Shown here: positions 43,501 to 57,300 of the stretch, piece by piece
Layout: each line of letters opens with the position of its first letter
Position numbering within the stretch: position 1 is the first letter of the stretch
Assembly: GCA_044892525.1 (NCBI GenBank)
Contig: CM097886.1
Location: 158,286,001 to 158,350,000 of the forward strand
DNA length: 64,000 nucleotides
Origin: Schmidtea polychroa
Lineage: Eukaryota
Direction of reading: 5' to 3'
Program-made: the position numbers and the translations under genes
The notes under the pieces: generated by a model
What the model was told of the DNA's origin: nothing
Database searches by the model: none
Seen by the model: only the letters and a program-made list of their open reading frames with translations

Positions 43501-45277
43501 NNNNNNNNNNNNNNNTTATAAAGTGATGATTTCTTGGTAGCAGCATATATTATTAAAAACTTTTGCTGCGAATAATGTATTAAATGAAAATATTTTCGAC
43601 AATGAGATGGTCCTTGTCAATGACTATCATATAGTCGAAATATTTTTATTAAATACATATTATCATTTTATATTATCATTTTATTGTTTGAAATTTAGCA
43701 TTCTTAAAAAATATTTTTATCGAAAAATATTTAGAAGGAAAATTGAAATTTGTTTAAATAACAAAAATAAGGAAGACAAGTTTTTGAGTGTTAAATTTAT
43801 TGAATAAAATTTATGGAATTATTTAGTGATTTGGAACCATATTTTAATGTTGTANNNNNNNNNNNNNNNNNNNNNNNNNNNNNNNNNNNNNNNNNNNNNN
43901 NNNNNNNNNNNNNNNNNNNNNNNNNNNNNNNNNNNNNNNNNNNNNNNNNNNNNNNNNNNNNNNNNNNNNNNNNNNNNNNNNNNNNNNNNNNNNTATAATT
44001 GTAGATATTCCATGACCGGTTGGAAGAACATAGAAATATTTTGCAATCAATTCAGGAGAAAAAGTCAGTTTATTCCAGTCATATTCCAGATTCGAATTTC
44101 TCTGAAACAGGTAGCCATTAGTGGTAATTGTAATTGCATTATGTTCACATGATAATTTTTTATTTGAATTCATTGAAAGCCAAATACTCCGTTTTAACGC
44201 GAAAAATAAAATAAACAAAAATTTCTAGAAATCACGCACTAGTATTGATAATTATTCCACACAACAACTTGAAATGTTTACATACAAACTCGCACACATT
44301 CCATTCTTTTTTTTCTCCTGGACACTAACCAAAGGAACAAGTAGGAGAGGAGAATAAAGGCAGACAGTATCAATGTGTTTTTTCTTGATACTGACTTGAT
44401 GTTGATTATTTATTCTCTAAACTCAAAATGTCTTTCCTATTCAACGAACAGACTAAAAAATTTGACGATAGAAATTAAGCGGTTAAAATGTTATGCTAAC
44501 TTGATCCAGTACACCAGTCTTGCTGCTGGATTTCCCGAGCCTCATATCACTCGTCTCAATATTATATGAATCAGTGTAATGAAGAAATGAATTGAAAAAG
44601 ATTTGTCGATTATTAAACGTTGTGTTTGACAGACTATTAAAGCTAATTTTCGACAAAAAAAGCATTACCGAAAAAGACTTTTGAAAATTTTAATTATGCA
44701 GTTCTTTTCACCGGTTTCCCGGGTATTTACCAACATTCGTCAAGTCGTGTCTGAGTTTGTTGTTGAAAGTCCAGACGAGGAAGACAAATCGGAGAGTATG
44801 GTTTTGAAAGAACCTACAGTCAAATCCACAATTGTTAAATCAACTAAACTTCAAGAATCCCCAATGAAATATTGCGGAATTGTTGATATTTCTGTCAATT
44901 CGACTGAAGATGACAATGATAATCTTTCCTGTTCTCCTTCATGCACATCTGAACCGATGAGGGTTGCTCCGGATTATCAAGAGATTGATTCGTTTTTCGA
45001 TGAAATTAGAATCATAATGCCGGATCGTGAAACACCGACGTTAATTGAAGAAGAAGTAGAAGGCTTTGAAAATTTGGAAAATGTTGACGAAGACAATTAT
45101 GATAATATCAGGAATTCAAATGTTTCACGTGAGTAAAGATAAGTTTTTAAAGTGGTATAAAGATTATTCTTTAACCTCTTAAGCGTCACATTCTATCTAA
45201 CAAAGCATATTTCTAGGCATCTATTATATTTCACGCGGATAAATGCAGTGGTCCTTGTAGTAAAAGAAATATATGGA

Positions 45278-45349
<72 letters not shown>

Positions 45350-48300
45350 ACTCAATATAAAAAATTCTACAATTTTCCAAATATATAAAAGTCATCTTGC
45401 AAATATTAAATCGAAACAATGATCATAAAAAGAATTTTTTTTTCTATTTTACTGAAGTCATTAATTTTTAATTCTACCGATTACGATGAAAAAATAAAAA
45501 ATAATAATTCTTTTATGTTGATGTTTACCTTTGATCTGTTTTCATTTTCTTTTAAAATATTAAAATTAACATAATGGTAACCTTAGGTTCATCAATTAAT
45601 TTTTAAATTTATTATATTTAAAAGTTTCAAAAAACTCTCTAATAACAAATTGATTTCAATTTTAATATACTAGAAAATAAAATGTATTTATCAACATTGA
45701 AGATATATTTTCAAAAATAATAACCAAATAAACCAACAAATTTTTTTGCACTTTTCAAAATAATTCCCATATAGTNNNNNNNNNNNNNNNNNNNNNNNNN
45801 NNNNNNNNNNNNNNNNNNNNNNNNNNNNNNNNNNNNNNNNNNNNNNNNNNNNNNNNNNNNNNNNNNNNNNNNNNNNNNNNNNNNNNNNNNNNNNNNNNNN
45901 NNNNNNNNNNNNNNNNNNNNNNNNNNNNNNNNNNNNNNNNNNNNNNNNNNNNNNNNNNNNNNNNNNNATGTTTAAGAGAAAATATTTGCTCATTTTGCCA
46001 GTCAAAGTATTCACTTTACGAAAAAGGAATATGTTTAATTCAATTTTTCTTTACCGGAATGTTCAATTAAACGCTCAAATATATTTTAACGAATTAATAT
46101 AGCTATTAGTCTACTAAAACAATGTTATGAAATACTGTTTATTCAATGTACTTAACTAGAAAAATAATAAATAAAATTTTGTTGGTAAAGAATTTCTCTC
46201 CCCTCCGAAATTCAAGTGATCAATTATTAGAATTTTGTAAATGAAGGAAAACACAGATTTTATCTGGACATTTTCATCCTTCATTACTCTCTAATTATTG
46301 TATGCGAGATATATCATATGGATCCTTTCAGATTTTACAGAAATTTGAATACACTTAATTCTGTGGCGAAAAATCAATTAAAAATTGATCACTGCACTTC
46401 ATTTTATGCTAGCTATGAGATTTTCAATTTGATATAAGATCTGCTGATGTTGATGGTGAAATGCGTGACTTGTATTATGATTCCCATATTTACATTTATC
46501 ATTACGACTCAATGAATAAATTCACTTATGTCGTACGACCCCATCCACATCAGTTTACCCAAGAATTTGGCTCACGATGACCGATTTTAAACGTAATTAT
46601 GAGATTCTTCCTCACTGTTACAAATATTGAGCTTAGAGCTTGTTTTTCTTTTTGATAAAAAATGTCTGAATTTTAAATTTGGTAAAAATTTGTTTTAATT
46701 TCTTGGAAATTCGGTTAACGATTTGTTTGATGGGAAATGTTTTCGATTGACAATTTTTCACATAAATATTTAGATATTCAAATTGATTAACAGGTGCAAA
46801 TAAAATTTCATTGCCGACATTATGATCGATTTGTTTTACTGAATAGAATCTTGATGTGTGTATGTGTGTGCGATTTAAATGACCAAATATTTGAAAATCA
46901 ATTTGGGGAAATATATTAGCATTTATTAAGTGATTTCATTTTATATTATAAAATTACATTATTAATGTGCATTAGAGAGGATAAGGGGTTTATATATAAT
47001 GATAATATTGAAGAAACTAAATTATAAAACTTTCACTAGACTTTTATGACTTTGGAATATTTGGAAATGAGAAAAACTTTAGATTAATATATTTAAAACA
47101 TAAATATTTCCATAATTTTTCCATAATTATGAATTTCATTATTGTTTAAATGCAATAATATTTCATTTATTAAAAGTGAGTTGCTCCCAATTTATTTCAT
47201 AGATCATTGATATGATTTTTTTACATTTTACTCACGTTTTAGAATTTGTATTTTTATAAATAAAATACCTCAAAGTTCATAAAACTAGAAAGGAATATTG
47301 GAAAAGGGAAATTTGTGAAATTGACTACAAAATGTAAAGGTTTTCTGAATAGTTATTTTGAGTATTAACATGAAAATTATGAAATGAGTATATTTAAACA
47401 AGAAAATAGAGCAATTTAAGTGATATAAAATTAAATTAAAACATGAAAATCAATTTATCTTTTATGAGATAGAATAAATTAAATAATGTTTATGATAATA
47501 AATTGTAATAGAAAATCCATGGAAAATGGTTTGATTTTTTTGATTTTCTGGCAGAAAATATTTGAATTTATATTTTTATAGTTTTAAAATATTTTATATA
47601 TTTTCAATATTTAATAATCTACATATCATAAACAATTGCAGTAAAAATAACAGCAAAAAACTAAGAATTTAACTTAGTAAGGTCCAGCAACGAACGTAAA
47701 TCTGCATTGTAATTTCAAAAATAATGTCTAATTTTCTTTTCTTTTCTTTTCTTTTCTTTTGTTGTCGTTTGTTAGTGAGACATCATAAGGAGTAATTTAA
47801 TTTTCTGTAGTTGATATAAATTGCGTCTTTTAGTGTCTTTGAGTGAATCTTAGTATTCTCTCGTGATTGTAGCCCATTTGCGAGTTATTTTTTAATTAGT
47901 TTCTATATCAAAGTCCTGGAATTTTAATTTCTATATTATATTTCCATTTTTTGATTAAAATGCTATAGAAATTTCATTTTAAAAATGTATAATAATTGTA
48001 ATTACTGTGTACTACATACTAATAATATAACGAATAGTAAACACCTTTAAAAACACGAAGCAGTTAAAACAATTTAAATCATTTAAACGCTATTTGAAAC
48101 TAAATTGTAAAAATATTACAACAGACTAACTCTAATTTCATATTTAATTGATCAAATGAATTATTATATTATTTTATTATATATTATACATTATTGTATT
48201 TATAAAAAGGCTTGACTATGAATCAATAAAGATATCGATGTGTTTTTGATATTCACGAATTTTCGGCACAGCCTTTTTGATCGTCAATGTGCAAGTTTTT

Positions 48301-51300
48301 CAACTTCATATGATAAATTAATTTCCAATATATCATTGTGTAGTTGTTAATTATTCCAAACAAGTTTTCTATTAAAAAATTCATTATAAATTAAAATGGA
48401 CATAAATAGAAATTATGAAATATCTTTTAAAAATACCTTGAAAACATTCTTATTATCTTAAAAATTATTTCTAAAATGAATAATTTTTCCGAGATTTCAC
48501 ATATTTACACTTCATCCCAGCAGTATCCTGATTTATAAGTGTTGGTGGTAAATATTGTTTATACTTATTCCATAATTGTGTGAGGGATATTTAAATATAT
48601 CTAAATTCTTTTGCAAAAAAAAATTGGTTATTTCAGCCAATGTAGAAATACCAACGCATTTACCAATCAAATAGTTATTTCATTTCTTTGAAAACTTTTT
48701 TTATTAATTGAAATTTTATTTGGAAACATATTGAATCTAGGAACAATTTTTGATGTTTTTGTTGGAATTTCTTTTTCGGAGTACCTTTTAAAGAATTATT
48801 GAAATTTTAAATAATGGAAAAAGGTGAGATAGATTATGAATAAAAGAAAATAAGTTTTAAAAATTAAATTTTAAAATTAGAAAAATTAAAAAAATTATTT
48901 TTCAAGTGAAATTGTAATTAAATGAAAATGGTACGTGTTTAAATAACTTTTTAAAATTTTTTATAAATGTAAAATCCTAATGCAAAACATTTAGTTACTG
49001 TCAAATAAAATAACTAATGAAACATATTTATTATACTATTCGTTAAAACAAATTAATTGAAATAAATTTATCGCTCTTATTTTAATTTATTCTAATATTT
49101 TCAAATTAATAATAGATTTATTGTGATAGTCTTGAATTTTATTTTCAGTGGATAAAGTTGATCGACTATGGAATAATACAAAAGACAAATTGAAGGAACG
49201 AGAAGAAGAGCTGTTGAGCATTCACCATTTGAAAACGAAATTAGATGACATTGAAATGTCGCTACGAAAATGGATGGAAGATTCAGAGGAGAAACTCAAT
49301 CGACTTCTCTCGGAAGGCTTCAATCTTAAGAATCAAAAGATTCTCGATGTTAGTCTGGTGTTTGAATTTATTCAAAACTTCTAAATTATGACTAAAAACC
49401 ATTTTACTTTTACTTTTGTATTTTAGGATTTGAAAATTGTAATTCCAAGCTGGCAACAGACTATGAATGATTATCAATCCATGTCATATGAATTAAGAAA
49501 TTCTTTTACAGGAGAAAACTGCAAGGATTTAGAAGATAACCTAGAACAAATGAACAAACAATGGTCAACAATAATGAACAAGTACGCTTTTATTTTATTA
49601 TTATTTATAAATAATTATTTTATATAAATAATAAAACATATTATCCAAAGAATTTTCGGTTGAAATTTTCAGATTGTCTAGAAACTTATAATTTCATCTC
49701 ATTTAAACAATAAAATACCAGAAATTTATTTTCTGTCTTTCATAACCAGAATCCGGAAATAAGCATTTATTTTGTTACAAATGTTGATTTTATGATTTGT
49801 TAATTTGTTTCAAATCACATTAAAATTGAAATAAAACAATTGACACAAAAAAATAATTTCTGTCTATTTTACTGATCAATTTTCGATTGCAAGTTTAATG
49901 TTTTATCTATATTTAAATATAATTTTACTTTTTTTGTAAATCATTTCCACAGCCAGACGGGTCACAATTGTAATCATGTCCCATCTATAGTATAAATCGG
50001 CCTAATATTTTCAAACATTCGATAAATTAATTTATTTTGTTTATGAAATTATGCAATATTTATTACTTATAAAAATGTATAATAAAAAATATATCATACG
50101 TCTTTTTTGGCAGTTTGCATCATGTGTATATATGTGTGTATTTGTTTAAATTGTTATTATATGATACTCTTTAATACTCTTTATTTACTTGTTTGCCTTT
50201 AATCTGCTTTTTTTTAACTTTTTAATTCACATTTGTTTCTATTACTAATATAAATCAAATATTTAGAAATGAAAATAAATGAGTTATCATTATTTTGTGT
50301 TGTAAATTAATGAGTTTGGTATAAAATATTTGAGTATACTATTTCGAAATAAATCACTTTTTTGCATTTTCATTTCATTTTTTCAAATATATATATATAT
50401 ATATAATTTTATCAAATTTAATTGTCTAATATTTTCAAATGATTTGTTGTCAGTTTCTTATTTATTTCAATTCATATTAATGTAATAAAATAAATAACAC
50501 CATTTCAAATGTATTGCTAAATAAACTGTGATTAATAATTATTAATTTGAAAGAAATATTAATTATTATATTTTCTTTATTTTTTATTTGAGATTCATCT
50601 TAATTAACAACCATTTCAAATTTTGGATTTTTTTTTCAAATTTTCAAATTATTTCTTTTAATTAATCATCTTTTGAAAACTTTTAAATTAAAACAAATTT
50701 AAATATTAAGTTATATAATTTTTATTAATTAATTGGGAGATAATATATAATTCTTTTTTGTTAATATTGAGTTTCTAATAAATATAAATAATAATTATTT
50801 TGTCTTATTCCAGATTAGCCCAATGCACCCGAGAGTTGAATTCAATGCGCAGTCCTCAAGAACAAAATAGTCATGGAATTGAATTAGCATCTGAAAAACC
50901 CCAGTCAACAATTGGCGAAGTAAACAGCGGTATAAGTATTGAAAAGTTGTCTGGCTGGCTTTCCAGCCTTGAAGGTCAACTAGAAACAATGGAAATGGGA
51001 ATCGTCAGATGGCGCAGCGGTAGCGGCTTAATTGCAACCGGGAATGCTGATAAATTGAAATCGAAACTCATCAGTCAACTCAATGTAAGTTTATATATTA
51101 TTTTATATTTATCAATTTCACTTATTATCGGTTTGATGTTTTAATGGGCATAGCCATCTAACTGAATTGCTATTTAAATCTACAGAAATTTCATATACTT
51201 TGAATGGGAGAAATGATGAGAATTTAGCTATTCAAAATGCATTGACAATTTCACACTGGCTTATCAATGAGTTGTTAAAAAGATATGGGGAGTCGTCGAA

Positions 51301-54300
51301 TTACGATTAAAATCGGTTTCGACAGGTCGGTCGTAAGTCGAACGAATCTTAATTTTTTATCATATTCATGCACAATGAATAATTAATTTTTTGACTTTAT
51401 ATCATTTCATATTAAAATATTTCATTTTCTAATAGTTGAAACGAATATTCTCTCTATTGTCTGATACCCCAAAGTGACAACTATAACAAAGATCCTTTGA
51501 AATGAAAGATGAAATAAAATATCTTTTACATATACTGTTAATTGATAATTTCATGTATTTGTAATATAAATGTCAATGCGAGTTTCCAATAGAGCAACAT
51601 TTTTCTACTACCGTACATGTACATTGTAAACAATATGATTAAGTATCGGTAAACCAAGGGTTCTCAAATGGGAAAGATAATGCAATGGAGAACATTTGTA
51701 ATAAAGACAAGTAACTTGGGATATATTTGTATTACTAAACATATAGATAAAATATAATTGTCACTTAAAAGTATATATAATTAGTGAGAAGGTTGGACCT
51801 GTTTATTATTAATTAAAGTATCAATGTCGGCCTCAATGTTTGTCAGTTTAATGTGAAGATCCGATTCAATGTCCAGCAAAGCTTTATATTTGGTTTATTT
51901 ATATTTTTTGATGAATTTTTGTTTTAAATTGTAAAGTCATTCGCGTACCTTGCAATAGAGTATCAGGAAGAATTTCTAAGAGAACTCTTATAATGAAACT
52001 TATTATCATAAACTTCATTATTTTTAATTTGTAAATTATTTCAGATTTTATTTTATTCTAGAAACTTTAGGAAATAGTTATATTCAATTATTTGCATTTA
52101 TTAATTCTTTTGTATTTATTAACAGNNNNNNNNNNNNNNNNNNNNNNNNNNNNNNNNNNNNNNNNNNNNNNNNNNNNNNNNNNNNNNNNNNNNNNNNNNN
52201 NNNNNNNNNNNNNNNNNNNNNNNNNNNNNNNNNNNNNNNNNNNNNNNNNNNNNNNNNNNNNNTGCAGTTATTTCATAGAATACCTAGTTATTCCATGAAA
52301 TAACTGATCGTGTCCGTTAAAGTGTGTAATATGTTAATAATTTGACACTTTAACTAGTTATTCTATGAAATAACTAGGTATTCCATAAATAAAGTAAACT
52401 ATAAACGATAAATAAACTATCTCGATATCTGATACGTGAGAACAGTATTTGACGAACAGCAGCAGGCACTGTACGTGCAAGCAATCAATTAACCGGATTG
52501 AACTGGTGTCAACACGCTAAACAAATTCTATCCATATGGCTTGCAATAGTTCATAAATGCAGTAAGGGTGGAAGGTAAATGTATTTGTCGTTGACATTTT
52601 GAAAAGCGAGATATATGATATAGATTATTTTACACTTTAACGGGCTGCAGATCGTTATTCTATGAAATAACTAGTTAAACCATGAAATACAAGAGAGTTT
52701 TACACTTTAACGGACACGATCAGTTATTTTATGGAATAACTAGGTATTCTATGAAATAACGGATTTCATACTTTAACGGTAACCCACACACACACACACA
52801 TATATATATATAATTTCTTTGGTTAGAGTTTGCATTTTAGTGCAAACAAAAATAAGGTAGACTGTATTTTTTATTTAAAAAAAACAATTTTACAATAAAT
52901 GCGATATGACTTTCTTTTTTGTCATCATTCTCACTCCTTCGAAAAAATCTTTTATTTTTTGGACAATTATTTTTTGTTATGTAATAATCTATTAAAGGTG
53001 GAGCATATATAAAATAATAACAAGGTAAAGACGTTATTTACATTCGCATAATTGTTCACAATTTATTTTGCAATAATTAATTTAAAACTGAAGAAAGTTT
53101 ATGAAAAAAGTCTAACTTTTAATTTTATTTCAATTCAATATGATTATAATTCATATATTAAAAACCATTAAATACAAGTTTATTGTCAAATTTTTACAGC
53201 TAATTCAAAAATGTAATTTACAGTTTATTACATGAACTATGCACAAAAGAAATTCTTTAAAATTAGAAGAATATTCATTAAGGTTTTATTAAAATTTATA
53301 ATAACAATTTGATAATAAGAAAAATATATTTGCTATTTCACCCAAAAATAAAAAGAAATTTGTTGAAAATATTTAATTAAATACTTTTGCAGAAATCCGC
53401 GTTAAATATTTATGTAAAAAAACGAAGATAGAAGAAATTTATTAATTATTACAATTTAATTAATATTAATTTTTTATTAATAGTGCTATTTTTAATACAT
53501 AATTCATCATTAAATACAAGTAATGAATAAATAAAAAAATATTGACTTATTCTTGGCTTATCGCTGATGAAAAGCCGCTTTGCAGAAATACCAAAATTAA
53601 TTTCATTTTCTATTCAAGGTCATCGGACAAAATCCAAATCAAATGATTAAATTTGTTTGAATTGATTCATAAAAAATATTGAATTATGATAATTTTATTG
53701 CATGACATTTTGTTGTATGTTCTAAAATACTTTCAATGGAAATAACATTAATGAAAATATCAAATTGGAAATTATCAAATCAATTTTATCAAAAATAAAA
53801 TATTGTTTTATAAACAATCTTTTTATAATTATCTACAAAGGTTCTCCATGAACACAATTTTATCATAATTTAATCGTAGATATTTTTTGATTTTTTATTA
53901 ATATTATTCAATGGAGTTGATTTAAAAATTTTGAAATAAATCGAGAATTTTGTTAAAAGATTTAATACATGAAAAGAATATATGGAAACCTTTGAGAAAT
54001 TTACAATGTTAATTTTCTTGATTTTTAGGGTTTGAAGCATCCCAGAAAAATGGAAATTTTTATCATTGTTTTATTTTCTTTAAAATTACTTTCAAAATTC
54101 TAAATTTGGAAGTAATATATTTTGTTTATTTTAAAAGATCATAAAGCAAACATGTAAAGGGAAAAAAGTTTAACAGATATATTTAGCTGAAACGTTTTGA
54201 ACAAGTTTAATTTAAACAAATACTTACTAATAGTTTTAAAAGTATTCAATACGAGAAATGATTAAACATCCCAAAAACAGTGCTTCTGGATAGAAAAATA

Positions 54301-57300
54301 AATACAAACCCTGAATAAGGATCATGGAAGGATTTGAATTAATCTTATATCTTATCAGCGATTAAACTATATAATTTCGTAAGATATTTTTATGACTAAA
54401 AAAGACGTTTAATATTTAAAATCTGTTTATTACACACAATTATCAAGAAAAACTTTGAAACTTGTCAGATGTAATAATGAATTAGTCAGTCTTTTGGTTA
54501 AGCTTTTGTTGGTTGTGACCATAGGAAGTATGTGGAAAAGATTTTCAAATATAGTTCTAGATTCTGTTTTAACCCTTTGCCAAAATTTTAGTATTTAATT
54601 CATGATAATTTTTATGTTTAAAAAGTTATAACTTAATAAAACAAACATCGTCAGATTACCACCAAATGAAAATGACTCTGTAAAATTTTCAATTTATTTT
54701 CAGCTTTTGAAATGAGTTTCTTGATTTGAAATTAAATTATCAAATTTAATTGAATTTGTTAATTTCATCACAGTTGACAGAAAATTCTATGGGAATTTCC
54801 TATGTCTAATCGCTTTTAAAATTTATTATTATTATTATTATTTTTTTTTTGAATAACACAAAACAAAATTTATTTCTAAATTGAATTTACATTTTATCTT
54901 TTGTGGAAAATTTTGAAAGACAATATTAAAATATATCAACTTTAAATCTAAGATAGCGAGATTAGAAAAGAACGTTATATTTTATTTTATATTTAATTAA
55001 ATGCATATAAAACTTTTTTGAAATTAGCGATGTCCTAAAAACCAAATTGTTTATTCTAACACTACTTTTCTACCTTTAGAGCAATATTCGGGATTTATAA
55101 TTTCCACTTCATGAACAACCTTTCGCATGAAATTTGATAATAATTTTTTATCAATAATATTTTGAACTCTTTCTTCTTTTTCTTTTCTTATATCCTTCTT
55201 TACCCACATAAAATTCGAATTATATTCATTATTCTTTGTCAATATATTTTGAATTATTTTTTTGAAACTAGCAACTGTAAATTACAACAAAGCCTTTTTA
55301 TTTTCAACCAAAAAAGGTATCACATAATCATTCAAATTTTTTAATAATATGAATAAATACAAGGAAACAAAATAATATGTAAAAAAACTTGAATTTAAAA
55401 AATGTTTTAAAGATAAGAATAATGAATTTATATTTGGAATTTATTTTAACGACTCTGTTTAGAACAGGGGTTAACAAAGTGAGGCCCGCTGATTATTTTT
55501 TCGCTAAGTTTTAAAAACATAATTTTTTATTGTTCAATGTTGCTTTTGAAATTTTTTTGGCAATTTAAATAATTTTGTCTTTGTAGAAAACCTCAAAAAT
55601 AAATTTTTATATTAAAAGAAACGATTATTAAAAATTTATTTTATTGCATAAAAATTTTCTTTAATAAAAGTCATTTATAAAATAATCTTCATTAATAATA
55701 AAATATATCTAATTATATCTAATATATCTAAAATATATCTAATTATATAATTATCTTCATAAAAAAACTATAATATATGTTTAACTCACATTTTTATTAT
55801 TTAATCATATCTACATTGTTTATTTAATATAGTTTTTAATAGCCGCTACAAAACTTGATTTAAAATTTTTATTTTATTTGATTAATTTTTTTAAAAAAAA
55901 ATTAAATTTGAAAATTAAGTTATGAATGAGAAAAAGCGAAAGTTAAAAAAATGAAAATCGAAAGTTTCAAAATAAATGGATGTTGGATTATTTTGTAATT
56001 GAAAATGAAGATAAGATTATATGTTTAATATGTAATCATGTTGCGGATGTTAAAATGAAATACAATATCAAACGCCACTATAATACCAATCACAGCTTAT
56101 ATGATAATTTAAGTGGAGAAATAAGAAAGGAAAAATTGGAAAAGCTTCAGAATCAAATATGTACTCAGCAAAAAATCTTTAAAAAAATATTTGAACAGAA
56201 TGAAACGGCAGTATTATCTATCTATGTAATAGCACAAGAAATAGCTAAAAATAATATATGCAACTTATATTATAAATTACTTTTTTTATTTAAATATTTT
56301 ATGCCTAATGTCTTATTCCGTTTTGAAACCCGGTGTGTAGCCGATTTTTCATAAGACAAATTTTATGAATTTATTTAATTGTTTTATTGTTTTTATGTAA
56401 ATTTGCTGCTTTTACAAAAATGCAAATATATTGATAATAAATAAAGACTAATATAGATTTCTGAAAATATAGATAAAAACGTTGAGAAATTATAAATATA
56501 ATAAAAATAAAACCATTTTTTTAAATTACTTTGAATATTACTAATTTAATTAAAAATAATAAAACATTATAAAGCAAGAGCTCAATTTTGGAAATTTTGA
56601 AATGTTTTATATTTCACGTAGGAGAAAATGAGAAAAATAGTTATTTTCTCTTTTGATTTTATGATTTGTCCTAAAATTGATAATCTTATTAACATAATAA
56701 ATAATCATAAATTCATTTCTATCAATACAATTATAATTTGTAAAATTATCAGATTTGTTTCGGTTTTACAATTTTTCAGCTGAAATATTTTATCTTCATT
56801 TCATTCTAAAATATAAATAAATATAAAACAAAAATTGATCCAGTCACCAAATTATGGAAAATAAAGGAAATTAAAAAAACTCAAAAATTCCCATTATTAG
56901 ACAATTTTTAAAATTAGATTTTATCTTTTGAATATTTCAATTTATTTTAATATTAAATGATCAGTAAGTTATGTAAAAAAAACTGAAATTTAATTACGAA
57001 TAAAATTAGTTATACATTTTAAATTTAAAAAAATGTAAATTCCATATATATCAAGAACGGCTCTCATTCTGAGTAAATCATCCAAATTCATACATCTTTT
57101 TATATAAACTAAAATCCATGAATTATAACAAAAATATAAATTAAAATTCGTTAAATTTAGGGAAATTTCGGGAAATACAAACTTGATAAAGAGTGTATCG
57201 AAATTTGATGTATGTTATATATTGTTTCGAAATATAGTCTTATAGACATTAATATGAAAATTATTGAAATATGAAAAAAGATAAAAGGTGAAACCAAAAA

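Noticed and set aside
45231-45419. ORF with (IY)n
   Set aside because: Translation of a (TA)n microsatellite, with no splice or homology support.
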